A DNA stretch of 64,000 bases from a bacterium (GCA_016932575.1 JAFGCO010000011.1:108321-172320); one strand, 5' to 3'. Shown: positions 51,571 through 62,026, numbered from the stretch's first letter. Numbers and translations are program-made. Notes: a model not told the origin generated them from the letters alone.

Positions 51571-53664
51571 TCATCCGACTTCAATCAATCCAAACATCCC
51601 TTTATATCGATTTTGATACGTATGTCGCACCATCGCATGTTCCTGTCTTTCAATACCCGGATCGTCCTGAATCAGTGAAAACGCCTCTTTCCTGGCCTTT
51701 TCCAGAATAGGACCGTCTGTGGCCAGATTTGCAATTTTGAAATTCAGCAGCCCATGCTGCCGTGTACCAAACAGCTCACCGGGGCCGCGAATTTCCAGAT
51801 CCTTTTCCGCGATTTCAAATCCGTCATCGGTTCGAACCATTGTCTCCAACCGCTTTCCGGCATCATCGGAAAGCGGATACTGAGCTAAAAGAATGCAGGT
51901 GGATGCCTCACTCCCCCGGCCCACGCGCCCTCGAAGTTGATGCAACTGAGTCAATCCGAACCGCTCCGCGTGCTCAATCAGCATGACCGTGGCATTGGGA
52001 GCATCGACTCCCACCTCAATCACTGTAGTACTGACCAATACATCAATATCCCCGGCTTGAAAAGCCCGCATTGTCCTGTCTTTTTCATCACTCTTCATTC
52101 GTCCGTGCAACAGTCCCACCCGATAGTCTGAAAAAACCGATTTGGATAATGTATGATATCCTTCGGTGGCAGCCGCCAGATCGACTTTTTCGGATTCTTC
52201 AACCAATGGATAAACAATGTAAGCCTGTCTGCCTTTTTCGAGTTCAGAACGGATATATTCATAAATAGCATCACGCTTTCCTTCGCTTCGCCAGGCCGTT
52301 CGTACCGGTTTTCTTCCGGCAGGCATCTCATCCAGAATGCTGACATCAAGATCGCCATACAGCGTAAGGGCCAGAGTCCGGGGAATCGGCGTGGCAGTCA
52401 TGACCAGCACATCCGGATAAATCCCCTTTTTTCTCAGAAACGCCCGCTGCAGCACGCCAAATCGGTGTTGTTCATCAATCACAACCAGACCCAGTTTATC
52501 AAACTCAACACCTTCCTGTACCAGAGCGTGTGTACCAATGACAATCTGAATTTCTCCGTCATTCAATCCGGACAGGACGTTTTGCCGCTCCTTTGCGGTT
52601 TGCCCTCCCTTCAATAACACCACCCGAACGCCGTACTGTTCAAGCCAGGTATGAATGGTTAAATAATGTTGCTCTGCAAGAATTTCCGTGGGGGCCATCA
52701 GGGCGGTCTGATACCCATTTTCCACAGCGATCAGCATGGCGATACAGGCCACGACGGTCTTTCCGCTGCCGACATCCCCCTGGAGCAGCCGGTTCATGGG
52801 TTTACCGGATTTCATGTCTTGCCGAATTTCTCGGAGTACCCGCTTCTGGGCGGCTGTTAATTCAAATGGCAGTTTGCTCACCAGACTGCGGGTATATTCT
52901 CCCACACGCTGAAATGATATCCCTTTATCTTCGCGGGCCACCATTTTGCGCTGCAGAGCCAGATAAAGCTGCAGATAGAAAAGCTCTTCAAACTTCAACC
53001 GGGTCTGCGCCTGTCTGAGGCGCCGCCAATCAGACGGATAGTGCATATGTTGAAGAGATTCGCATAACGCCATGAATTGGTGCCTCGAAAGAAGGTTGAG
53101 AGGAAGTGTTTCTTCCATAGGCGGCATGCTGCTTAATACCTGGTGAATCACCCTTCGAAATCCCCGGCTGTCAAATCCTCCCTTTTTCAACGCTTCGGTG
53201 GACGGATATAACGGAATGATTCCCCCCGTATGCAGGGGATCAGTTTCATTCTCTCCGGAAATGATATCATATTCAGGATGCACCATCTGGGGTCCCCTGA
53301 AAACTGTCACTTTACCGCTAAAAGCCACTGTATCACCTGCCTTAAAAACTTTGGCTACATATTGCACCGCCTGAAACCAGACACAGCTCAGAAAGCCGCT
53401 GCCGTCCCCCACCAGGACCACCAGCCGCTTCCTTCGGCCGGAAACCATATCCACAGAATAGATCCGGCCTGCGATTGTGGCTGAAACATCCGGTTTGAGC
53501 TGTGCGATTTTAATTAAATTTGAGCGGTCAAGGTAACGCCTCGGAAAATAGAAAAGCAGGTCTTCAACAGTTTCGATACCAATTTTATGAAGCAGGCCGG
53601 CCCGTTTGGGTCCGATGCCTTTGATATATTGAACCGAAGTGTCTGTCAATAACGGGCGGCTCAT
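51571..53664 (-). CDS. recG: ATP-dependent DNA helicase RecG
   Basis: 697 aa; wedge domain, Walker A GDVGSGKT, VIDEQHRFG, helicase C motifs. Confidence 0.9.
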   Translation of the reverse strand: MSRPLLTDTSVQYIKGIGPKRAGLLHKIGIETVEDLLFYFPRRYLDRSNLIKIAQLKPDVSATIAGRIYSVDMVSGRRKRLVVLVGDGSGFLSCVWFQAVQYVAKVFKAGDTVAFSGKVTVFRGPQMVHPEYDIISGENETDPLHTGGIIPLYPSTEALKKGGFDSRGFRRVIHQVLSSMPPMEETLPLNLLSRHQFMALCESLQHMHYPSDWRRLRQAQTRLKFEELFYLQLYLALQRKMVAREDKGISFQRVGEYTRSLVSKLPFELTAAQKRVLREIRQDMKSGKPMNRLLQGDVGSGKTVVACIAMLIAVENGYQTALMAPTEILAEQHYLTIHTWLEQYGVRVVLLKGGQTAKERQNVLSGLNDGEIQIVIGTHALVQEGVEFDKLGLVVIDEQHRFGVLQRAFLRKKGIYPDVLVMTATPIPRTLALTLYGDLDVSILDEMPAGRKPVRTAWRSEGKRDAIYEYIRSELEKGRQAYIVYPLVEESEKVDLAAATEGYHTLSKSVFSDYRVGLLHGRMKSDEKDRTMRAFQAGDIDVLVSTTVIEVGVDAPNATVMLIEHAERFGLTQLHQLRGRVGRGSEASTCILLAQYPLSDDAGKRLETMVRTDDGFEIAEKDLEIRGPGELFGTRQHGLLNFKIANLATDGPILEKARKEAFSLIQDDPGIERQEHAMVRHTYQNRYKGMFGLIEVG

Positions 53665-53676
53665 GCCTCAGATCCT

Positions 53677-55020
53677 CTACCAGTTCAGAAGTACTGTATA
53701 AGTGAGCATTGTCTCTCCGCCCGCCGACACAGGCACATCAAACTCGGCCGTTTCAGCATCCTTCTTTTGGTGCTTTTTTGAGGCCCCGGTGATCTGCCAG
53801 TCCGTGCCAAACCGCTCGACGACAGTGATACTTACAGATTCTTTTTTGTGGTTTTTTATAACAATCTCCACAGATTCCTGGCGGGAACGCTGTGATATTT
53901 TTCTGCTCTCTTTTACGATCCGCTCACCGATGATATCAAAGGCATTGCCGATAAATAACCGGACCGTTTCGTCTTCGGGCGTATGATCGATCCTGTCTTC
54001 GCCGATAAATTCCAATGCCCCGTCAGTATCCGCCTGATACACACGGACCACGCCTTTGGGTAATGGTATGCCAAGGCCGTCAGCTTTGCTGTTTTTAAAC
54101 TCCAAATGAACACGAACCTTTTCACCATAACGACTGCCGTCATAGATATAAACTTTTTCAGTTTTTGTTGCCGTCGGGGGAAATAATGAAATTTGCTTGG
54201 TCTGATTGTCTTTGAGTGTACTTTTTCGCTGCAAGGTGTACAGGTGGTATTCAAAAAATGATTTTTCTTCGAACTGATGATCCTCTCCTTCGGCTGCACC
54301 CAGAATTTGCAATCTCTCATCGGATTTCAATCTTCTTTGCCGAATCACATTCACATCTCCGGCCACCAGCTTTAATTTTGCATTCTCATAGGTTGCCCCG
54401 GAACGATTATCAATCGATACCCATCCGCTTAAATCCAGACGCGAATTCCCTTCATTCAAAAGAGCCACATATTCAGCATGCCAGTTCATTCCCCTTGTTA
54501 AATAGCTGATTTCAGTTTTCTGTTCTTCAGGACCGTGATTGCGGACCTGCCATACCAGTGTGGGACGCGTAATTAATCCCCGCGGCAATCTGGGCAGATC
54601 AAAATGCTGGATCTGATCATGCTTCAGTATTTTAATGCCGCCGCTGTCATCCTGAATGACAATCTCTTGCGAGGCACTGAGAAGCATTCCTTGAAATAAA
54701 TCTCCCTTCTCTGTGACCAGACGAATATCCTGATCGGTGTATTTGGATAAAATTTTAGATCCGCTGACCAGGTCATATTCGTAATTCTGTTCTAAAATTT
54801 GAACTTTATCTGTTGCGGTAAGAGATTTGAAATGCACAGATGTCGGATCGATCTGCGAGGCAACATCCGTAAATGATACTTCTGAAATACCCTTGCTCAA
54901 CTCAAGGGACCGGACATCTTTCACCAATGCCTGATTTTGATTATACACTGTAATGGAAACGTTCTGAGAAAATAAACCGGACATTGACAGGGCCAGGCTA
55001 AAAACAATAATTTGTTTCAT
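53677..55020 (-). CDS. DUF4139-family secreted protein (mucoidy-inhibitor MuiA-like)
   Basis: 447 aa, signal peptide, N-terminal VSITVYNQNQALVKDVR block typical of the DUF4140/DUF4139 family. Confidence 0.6.
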   Translation of the reverse strand: MKQIIVFSLALSMSGLFSQNVSITVYNQNQALVKDVRSLELSKGISEVSFTDVASQIDPTSVHFKSLTATDKVQILEQNYEYDLVSGSKILSKYTDQDIRLVTEKGDLFQGMLLSASQEIVIQDDSGGIKILKHDQIQHFDLPRLPRGLITRPTLVWQVRNHGPEEQKTEISYLTRGMNWHAEYVALLNEGNSRLDLSGWVSIDNRSGATYENAKLKLVAGDVNVIRQRRLKSDERLQILGAAEGEDHQFEEKSFFEYHLYTLQRKSTLKDNQTKQISLFPPTATKTEKVYIYDGSRYGEKVRVHLEFKNSKADGLGIPLPKGVVRVYQADTDGALEFIGEDRIDHTPEDETVRLFIGNAFDIIGERIVKESRKISQRSRQESVEIVIKNHKKESVSITVVERFGTDWQITGASKKHQKKDAETAEFDVPVSAGGETMLTYTVLLNW

Positions 55021-55280
55021 GATTCTGTCCCCCCAAATAATGAATTGAAATCACAAAATAAATAAAATCAACAAAAACAAAATAGAAATCCTTTTTAATA
55101 TTGTCAAGATCGTTCTTGATCATTAAAAAAGACAATTTTTGTTTTTTATTTCTGGAATTTGGAATTTTTTATTTGATTTTTATAATTTGAGGTTTTATCT
55201 GAATTTTGAGAAATATCATTATTTGGGTCAAATATTAAGCTGTCAGTAATAAAACCGATGAGAACTGTTTATTTCTGGTT

Positions 55281-58007
55281 TTATTCATTCAATACGGCCA
55301 GATTCGCTTTCAGCTTCTCCAGCTTTTGCTGTGTGTCTTTCTCTTTCTGCTTCTCTCTTTCAACCACTGACCCAGGCGCGCGTCCGATAAAATTTTTATT
55401 TTTTAATTTTGCCGAGATGCCTTTTAGCAATCCTTCCAGACGCAGGATTTCCTTTTGAATACGGTCTTTTTCTTTATCGATATCAATCAATCCGCCTAAG
55501 GGAATAAATAACTCCAGATTTTTCACCACACTGGCCGCGGCTGATTCGGGACGCTGAAGTCCGGCACCGGTTTCAAGATGATCCACATTTGCCAGCCGAC
55601 GGATATGAAGTGCGTACTGATCGACAGATTTAATAGCCTCTGCATCCCCACGTATAAAAAGGCTGGCTTTTTTATCCTGAGGCACATTCATTTCTCCGCG
55701 GATATTTCGAACTGAAGTAATCACCTGCTGCAAAAGCTCCATTGATATTTCTGCATCATCATCCACAAATCCGGATTCGAAAACAGGATATTGCTGCGTC
55801 ATAATTGTTTTCATTCCTTCGGAATTTTCAGATGAATGCAGTGCCTGCCAGACCTCTTCTGTAATAAATGGAATAAATGGATGAAGCAGGCGCAGAATCC
55901 GCTCCAGAGTATACAATACGACAGACTGTGCTTTCTTTCTGACTTCTGACTGATTCCGGACATATAACCGCGGTTTAATCAATTCCAGATACCAGTCACA
56001 AAATTCTCCCCAGACAAATCCATGAATTGTATGCGCTGCCTCATTGAACCTGAATTGTTCCAAATCCTGATGAACTTGCCTGATGCTTTTTTGAAGCCTG
56101 CTCAGTATCCAGCGATCAGTGATGTCCAGAGAAGTAAAATGCAAGTCATGGTTATGAGGCAGTTTGTCTGTCTCATCCAGATTCATCAGAACAAAACGGG
56201 AAGCATTCCATAATTTATTGCAAAACTTCTGTCCCATCTCAACAAGTGTATGATCAAAATGAACATCTCCGCCGAGAGGCGTCAAATAAACCATGGTCAA
56301 TCGGATCGCGTCCGCGCCATAAGCAGGCACGCCTTTTTTATATGATGGATTTTTTTTTGCAAACTCCTTTACGATTTCGGAGTCAGCCCCCTGAATCAGC
56401 CAGAGCGGATCCGGTGAATTTCCAAGCGATTTAGACATTTTCCGGCCGGATAAATCCCGAATCATCCCATTGAAATATACATCAGTAAACGGCACATCAC
56501 CCATAAATTCCAAAGAGGCCATAATCATACGTGCCACCCAAAAAAAGATAATATCCGGTCCTGTGGCCAGCGTATTGGTGGGGAAAAACTTGCATAGTTC
56601 CGGCTCTTCCTCAGGCCAGCCCAATGTACTGAATGGCCACAACCAGGATGAGAACCAGGTATCCAGCACATCCGGATCTTGTGTTAATTTTGTACTGCCG
56701 CACTCTGAACAAACCGTCGGGATTTTACGGGATACATTAAGATGACCATTGTCACAGGTCCATACCGGAATCCGGTGTCCCCACCAGATCTGACGACTGA
56801 TGCACCAGTCCCTGATATTCTCCATCCAATGAAAATAAGTGTCTTCCCAATGTTTGGGATAAAATTTAATTTTGCCCTCTTTCACAGCATGAACAGCAGG
56901 TTCGGCCAACGGTTTCATTTTCACAAACCACTGGTCGGACAAATAGGGTTCAACAACAGTATCACATCGATAGCAGTGGGGCACCGGTGTCAGACGGGGC
57001 TCTTCTCCCGCTAAAAAATCCGATTTTGCCAGATCATTGAGTACTTGCTTTCTTGCTTCAAACCTGTCCAGTCCCTTGTAGGGACCTGCCTGATCATTCA
57101 TCACACCCGCTTCATCCATGATTTGTATTTGTTCCAGATGGTGACGTTCTCCCACTTCAAAATCATCAAAATCATGAGCGGGCGTGATCTTGACGGCACC
57201 GCTCCCCTTTTCCGGATCCGCATGCTCATCGGCAATAACCGGAATCTCGCGGTTCATCAATGGCAGGATTACGGTTTGTCCAATAAGCTTCTTATACCGT
57301 TCATCTTCCGGATGAACCGCAACGGCTGTATCACCCAGCATGGTTTCAGGACGGGTTGTTGAAACAATGATAACCTCCCCTGAATTCTTCACTGGATATT
57401 TGATATGCCAGAATTTTCCATTGATATCCCTGCTCGGTGCCTCCTCATCTGCCAGGGCCGTATGACATCTCGGGCACCAGTTAATTAATCGCCGTCCTCT
57501 ATAAATATATCCTTTTTCATAAAGACGAATAAATACTTCTTTCACTGCATTACTGAGGCCTGAATCCATCGTAAATCGCTCACGTTCCCAATCACAGGCA
57601 GCCCCCAGTTTTCTGAGCTGCTGAAGGATAATGCCGCCAAATTTTTCTTTCCATTGCCAGACGCGTTCGATTAATTTTTCCCTGCCAAGATCGTAACGGG
57701 TCAATCCTTCCTCACGCAATGCGGCCTCGACTTTATTCTGTGTGGCGATACCTGCATGATCGGTTCCGGGCATCCATAGCGTTTCACAGCCCTCCATTTT
57801 TTTCCATCGAATAAGTAAATCCTGGATTGTATTATTAAGAATATGCCCCATCGTCAGCATGCCTGTGACATTGGGAGGCGGAATCATGATGGTATATTTC
57901 GGTTTCTCTGAATCAGGATCGGCATGAAATAATCGGTTCTTCATCCAATAATCATACCATTTATTTTCAACTTGAGCAGGATGATACACTTTATCCAGCG
58001 TTTTCAT
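55281..58007 (-). CDS. valS: valine--tRNA ligase
   Basis: PPPNVTGMLTMGH (HIGH-type) and KMSKSLGN motifs, C-terminal coiled coil; start moved to ATG 58007 (M26 of the track ORF). Confidence 0.9.
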   Translation of the reverse strand: MKTLDKVYHPAQVENKWYDYWMKNRLFHADPDSEKPKYTIMIPPPNVTGMLTMGHILNNTIQDLLIRWKKMEGCETLWMPGTDHAGIATQNKVEAALREEGLTRYDLGREKLIERVWQWKEKFGGIILQQLRKLGAACDWERERFTMDSGLSNAVKEVFIRLYEKGYIYRGRRLINWCPRCHTALADEEAPSRDINGKFWHIKYPVKNSGEVIIVSTTRPETMLGDTAVAVHPEDERYKKLIGQTVILPLMNREIPVIADEHADPEKGSGAVKITPAHDFDDFEVGERHHLEQIQIMDEAGVMNDQAGPYKGLDRFEARKQVLNDLAKSDFLAGEEPRLTPVPHCYRCDTVVEPYLSDQWFVKMKPLAEPAVHAVKEGKIKFYPKHWEDTYFHWMENIRDWCISRQIWWGHRIPVWTCDNGHLNVSRKIPTVCSECGSTKLTQDPDVLDTWFSSWLWPFSTLGWPEEEPELCKFFPTNTLATGPDIIFFWVARMIMASLEFMGDVPFTDVYFNGMIRDLSGRKMSKSLGNSPDPLWLIQGADSEIVKEFAKKNPSYKKGVPAYGADAIRLTMVYLTPLGGDVHFDHTLVEMGQKFCNKLWNASRFVLMNLDETDKLPHNHDLHFTSLDITDRWILSRLQKSIRQVHQDLEQFRFNEAAHTIHGFVWGEFCDWYLELIKPRLYVRNQSEVRKKAQSVVLYTLERILRLLHPFIPFITEEVWQALHSSENSEGMKTIMTQQYPVFESGFVDDDAEISMELLQQVITSVRNIRGEMNVPQDKKASLFIRGDAEAIKSVDQYALHIRRLANVDHLETGAGLQRPESAAASVVKNLELFIPLGGLIDIDKEKDRIQKEILRLEGLLKGISAKLKNKNFIGRAPGSVVEREKQKEKDTQQKLEKLKANLAVLNE

Positions 58008-58213
58008 GTATTTCTGTCTCCATATCAGGAATATTATTTTGCAAGGGTTGTAAAAGATACGGAAAATGCGGTTTATTGTCAATGACCAATAAAATCAGAT
58101 TCCTAACAAAATGAAATAATTATTTCATTTCGTTAACATTTGTAAAATGATTGTGAATCAGTGGGCGGTTATAAGAATTTATTATTATGGGAGTTATGAT
58201 ATTTTTTAAAAAA

Positions 58214-58230
58214 TTGGCACAATATCTGCA
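58214..58230 (+). promoter_or_regulatory. candidate sigma54-type promoter (TTGGCAC-N5-CTGCA)
   Basis: GG and GC dinucleotides spaced as in the -24/-12 consensus; intergenic; a sigma54 activator is encoded in the window. Confidence 0.25.
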
Positions 58231-58285
58231 TTTTCATCAGTCAGGAAAGCATAACCTCCTTTCCTCAATTTAACCCCTTGTGATC

Positions 58286-58324
58286 GGGTCCGTGTCCCCC
58301 CGCACGGACCCATTTTTTTTAAAA
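58286..58324 (+). terminator. intrinsic terminator-like hairpin (plus-strand orientation)
   Basis: GGGTCCGTG-loop-CACGGACCC followed by ATTTTTTTT. Confidence 0.55.
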
Positions 58325-58396
58325 TCAGAGACCGTTATCCGATCTTAAATTCATTCCATTTTTGAGACTGTTGAAAAATCATTCTAAACATTATTC

Positions 58397-58461
58397 TTAG
58401 CCTCCCGGAGGTTGAATATTTCCAATAGGCAATTTTGCTTATATAACCTCCAGGAGGCTAA
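58397..58461. repeat. REP-like inverted doublet TTAGCCTCCCGGAGGTT / AACCTCCAGGAGGCTAA
   Basis: Two 17-bp near-palindromic units in opposite orientation separated by 31 bp; same motif class as 2711-2745. Confidence 0.5.
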
Positions 58462-58768
58462 ATTTACAACTTTTTCGACAGTCTCGTTATGTTTTATAAG
58501 AAATAATCACCTTCATCGAATTCATCATCATAATGCCACAACTCCAATTTTATCCTGAATAATTCAAAATTTTCTTGCTCTCGTTCTTCGGCTAATTTCT
58601 CAATAATTTTTAAATCTGTTTCTCTTCTCATATTAATGCTTTCTTTACAATATAAGTCTTGGCTAACTGGATTAAAATAAAACGATAGCCTTAAGAAAGA
58701 ACAATTCCACCAAACTTAAATCAATGAGAAATCGTATGCATATATTTTCTGTTGAATTTGTTAATATA

Positions 58769-59077
58769 TCAAATCGCTTCTGAATATACTTTAACTTCGT
58801 CTTCAAGTTTATCACCCAATTTATCTAACTCCACTTCTAAATCGTAATGTGATTGCAGATTAGTCCAAAATTGCGGTGAAATATTGAAGAAGCGACCTAG
58901 TCTTAAAGCCGTATCCGCACTGAAAGATCGTTTACAGTGTACTATCTCATTTATACGTCGAGGGGGAACATTTATATCTTTTGATAATCTGTATTGTGAG
59001 ATCCCCATCGCATCCAGAAATTCTTCCTTTAATATTTCCCCGGGGTGTATGGGTGGTATCTTATTTTCTTTAATCAT
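58769..59077 (-). CDS. higA: HigA-family antitoxin (XRE-type HTH)
   Basis: 102 aa; IHPGEILKEEFLDAMGISQYRLSKDINVPPRRINEIV...SADTALRLGRFFNISPQFWTNLQSHYDL. Confidence 0.8.
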   Translation of the reverse strand: MIKENKIPPIHPGEILKEEFLDAMGISQYRLSKDINVPPRRINEIVHCKRSFSADTALRLGRFFNISPQFWTNLQSHYDLEVELDKLGDKLEDEVKVYSEAI

Positions 59078-59256
59078 TTATAATCTCCTAATGGTAACGA
59101 TTTCAACATTATATGCATTTCCACCCTTCCCCTGTCATTCCGGTAGTGTTTTGAGCCGGAATCCACCTTTACCCTGTTGGATATTTTTATTTATCCAACA
59201 GGGTGAACCTTGAACCTGAAGAATATGCCCTGTGAAATAATGAATCAAACCATTTC
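59078..59256 (-). pseudogene. decayed higB toxin remnant
   Basis: Frame ending directly at higA start encodes ...GKGGNAYNVEIVTIRRL (compare HigB C-terminus GNAYDVEIVDYH) but is closed by an in-frame TGA (59135-59137) 18 codons upstream; upstream sequence is frame-broken. Confidence 0.35.
59171..59204. repeat. perfect 13-bp-stem palindrome ACCCTGTTGGATA-N8-TATCCAACAGGGT
   Basis: Direct reading; lies inside the higB remnant. Confidence 0.6.
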
Positions 59257-59426
59257 CTATTTTGGACAAGAGTGATTTCGTGTAATATTTTTAATTTTAG
59301 TCATCTCATTTTTAGAGGGTGTTTTTGTTTTAATATTTCCTTTATCATACTCCTCTAAAACATATTTCTCTTCTTTATTCAGTTTCATGGCTTTTTTCAA
59401 TTTCTTTAAGAAAATCTCTTGCATTC

Positions 59427-60644
59427 TCAATTAAGTTGTTTTTTAATATTCACGTGAACCGCAATAAATGCAAGCGGATGCAAAATGCCCATTAAGACAA
59501 AAATCGGAACATATCCAAAGTAAGTTACAATATATCCTGGAGCCATTGTTGCTATTAAAAGTCCGCCTAAACCTCCTGCAAATCCGCCCAGCCCAGTGAC
59601 CGACCCTACAGCTTTTGACGGGAAGCAGTCAGCCACGAGGGTGAAAATATTGGCAGACCAGCTGCTATGAGCGCCAAGGGCCAGACCAACCAGTAGAATC
59701 GCCGCCCAGGGATTGCCGGCAATGACAGCAAAAGCGGTTACAGGAAGACAGGCGGCAGAAATCCCCATAATTAATTTTCTGGCTTTTATCACAGGGCAGC
59801 CCCGTTTTACCAGATAACCGGAAAACCATCCCCCGACCCAGCTGAGCAGGATGGCGATAATATAAATGATTGGCACGGCAATGGCGATGGATTTTATATC
59901 AAATCCGCGTTGAGAAGACAGGTAGTTAGGCATCCAGTATAGATAAAACCACCAGACAGGATCTGTCAGAAATTTTCCGATCATAAAACCATAGGTTTCC
60001 CTCTGCTTCAGGAGCAATTTCCAGGGAACCGTTTGTTCTTCATTTTTTTCCGCCTGCCGATCCATTTTTTCTTTTGGTGTCTGATAGACAAATTGCCAGA
60101 TGATAACAAGTAAGAAACCCAGCAATCCAAAAAAGAAGAATGTCCAGCGCCAGCCTGCGACTGTAAAAATAATTGCCATTAAGGGAGGCCCGACGATCGA
60201 AGCCACACTGGGTCCGCTATTGAAAAGAGATGTGGCAAAAGCCCTGTCTTTAACGTTAAACCATTCAGAAACAGATTTGATTGCAGCAGGAAAGTTGCCT
60301 GCCTCAGTAAGACCCAGGAAACCACGCCAGACACTCATGCATAAGGGTGTTCTGCAAATTGCATGCATTGAAGCACTGATGGACCAGGTCAGAATGGAAA
60401 GCAAATATCCCAGTTTGGTGCCCAGCCTGTCAATAATTCGTCCGGCTGCCAGAAATCCCAGCATATACATTAATTGAAAAGCGCTTAAAATATGACTATA
60501 GGCAATGTCATCAATATCCAGGTCATTTTTAATTTCAGGAATTAATACAGACAGGACAATACGGTTAAAATAATTGAAAGTTGTTGCAGAAAACACGAGG
60601 GACAGAATCACCCAGCGGTATTTGTTCAAATATTTTTTTTGCAT
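59427..60644 (-). CDS. MFS transporter (hexuronate/ACS-family-like)
   Basis: 12 TM helices, MFS signature; start moved to ATG 60644 (M16) preceded by AAGGAAGG. Confidence 0.85.
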   Translation of the reverse strand: MQKKYLNKYRWVILSLVFSATTFNYFNRIVLSVLIPEIKNDLDIDDIAYSHILSAFQLMYMLGFLAAGRIIDRLGTKLGYLLSILTWSISASMHAICRTPLCMSVWRGFLGLTEAGNFPAAIKSVSEWFNVKDRAFATSLFNSGPSVASIVGPPLMAIIFTVAGWRWTFFFFGLLGFLLVIIWQFVYQTPKEKMDRQAEKNEEQTVPWKLLLKQRETYGFMIGKFLTDPVWWFYLYWMPNYLSSQRGFDIKSIAIAVPIIYIIAILLSWVGGWFSGYLVKRGCPVIKARKLIMGISAACLPVTAFAVIAGNPWAAILLVGLALGAHSSWSANIFTLVADCFPSKAVGSVTGLGGFAGGLGGLLIATMAPGYIVTYFGYVPIFVLMGILHPLAFIAVHVNIKKQLN

Positions 60645-60823
60645 CCAGCCTTCCTTGGTATGTGTTGGTGGATTCACTCTGAGTTTCAAAACACAGGACG
60701 TGGACCTCGCCCCGGAAATGTAAATCCGGAGCGGGTGAATCTGAACAGCGAGCGAATATAAATTATTTTTACTTTACAGATGAAGATTCCCCGTGGCAAG
60801 CCACGGGGTGCTTCAATTCAGGG

Positions 60824-61714
60824 CTATTCTTCCTTTAGATACTTTTCAATATCTAAGGAATTTAGAAATTTTTCCAGGGTATTCAATTTTTCATCTCTTT
60901 CACTGACAGAAGAGATCCAGGTTGTCAGTTGCTTGCCCGGTTTTGAAATTAATAAAATTTGTTTACCATCATCCTGTTTGTCTATGTAATCAGAGGGATC
61001 ATAAATAATCGCTGCGCCTATATTAATCAATTCTGCAGCAACATCTTCGGGATGCACGCCCCATGTGGCAATTAAACCGTCATGATTCCGAACTTCTGAT
61101 CCATCGTGATAATTGATTCCGGTCACAAACTGAACAGGCTCGTCGGCCAATGCAAAGGCTTCAACTTTTGCTTCTCTTATTCCGGAATAAACAGTCACGC
61201 GCACCAGGATATCCACAGTTCTGTCTTTGTAGGGAACATCTTCTGAAAGCAATTCCATATACGAGGATAACCTTTCTTTCACAACCCGGGCTGTTCTGTT
61301 CGTCACAGGATTTAAAAAGACAACCTTTTCTCCATCCCACAAACGAACACCACCAAGGCCAACAGTTTGACCTGCTTTATAATAATCGGCTCCCCATCCG
61401 TTTTTTTGTTGTTCAACTGTGGGATACCAGCGACCTTTTTTGAGTTCAAGGCCCGGTTTTGTTTTATTGTAAACATCGATAGCTGCTTTTTTATCGAAGT
61501 AGAAACGAAGACCTATCCATTCATTTTCGACAGCCGGGCCGTGATGACCGATGGTTTGAAACAGATCCCCGGATTTCGAACTTACTTCGCTTAAATAAGT
61601 GGTGCTATCTGCTCTCATAAACATACTAATATCAGTTTTATTTTCGGTTTTACTTTCAGATTGGCAACAACAAAGGCTTCCAAAAATCAATGGTATAATC
61701 ATTAATTTTTTCAT
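60824..61714 (-). CDS. hypothetical secreted lipoprotein-like protein
   Basis: Signal peptide with Cys-rich end (LIFGSLCCCQS); start at ATG 61714 (M8) with AAGGAG 7 nt upstream; family not confidently assigned. Confidence 0.6.
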   Translation of the reverse strand: MKKLMIIPLIFGSLCCCQSESKTENKTDISMFMRADSTTYLSEVSSKSGDLFQTIGHHGPAVENEWIGLRFYFDKKAAIDVYNKTKPGLELKKGRWYPTVEQQKNGWGADYYKAGQTVGLGGVRLWDGEKVVFLNPVTNRTARVVKERLSSYMELLSEDVPYKDRTVDILVRVTVYSGIREAKVEAFALADEPVQFVTGINYHDGSEVRNHDGLIATWGVHPEDVAAELINIGAAIIYDPSDYIDKQDDGKQILLISKPGKQLTTWISSVSERDEKLNTLEKFLNSLDIEKYLKEE

Positions 61715-62026
61715 AACTGACACTCCTTTAAACATTAATTGTGCGTTGTTTTGGACTTATGATTTAATAAAATAAGGGACACATTTTTCAAATTCAAATG
61801 TTTTTTTTATGAGAAACAGTTAGTTATTGAGACATTCTTCAACATCACGGAATGGTGACCTTAACAGTAACCTGTTTTTTGGGTTTGCCATCACATCATA
61901 GCGACCTTTATCATTAAATGTGATCGTACTCATAAAAACGCCTCTGTAAACTTTAATCTAAAATATACATAATATCTGTTTCAGCGGTCGCGATCCAAAA
62001 GCGACTGTCCCGAATGTTGTGTTTTT

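Noticed and set aside
58008-58082. 25-codon N-terminal extension of valS in the ORF track
   Set aside because: Extension has no similarity to ValRS N-termini and contains a plausible TTGACA-17-TATCTT promoter; ATG at 58007 gives the conserved MKTLDKVYHP start
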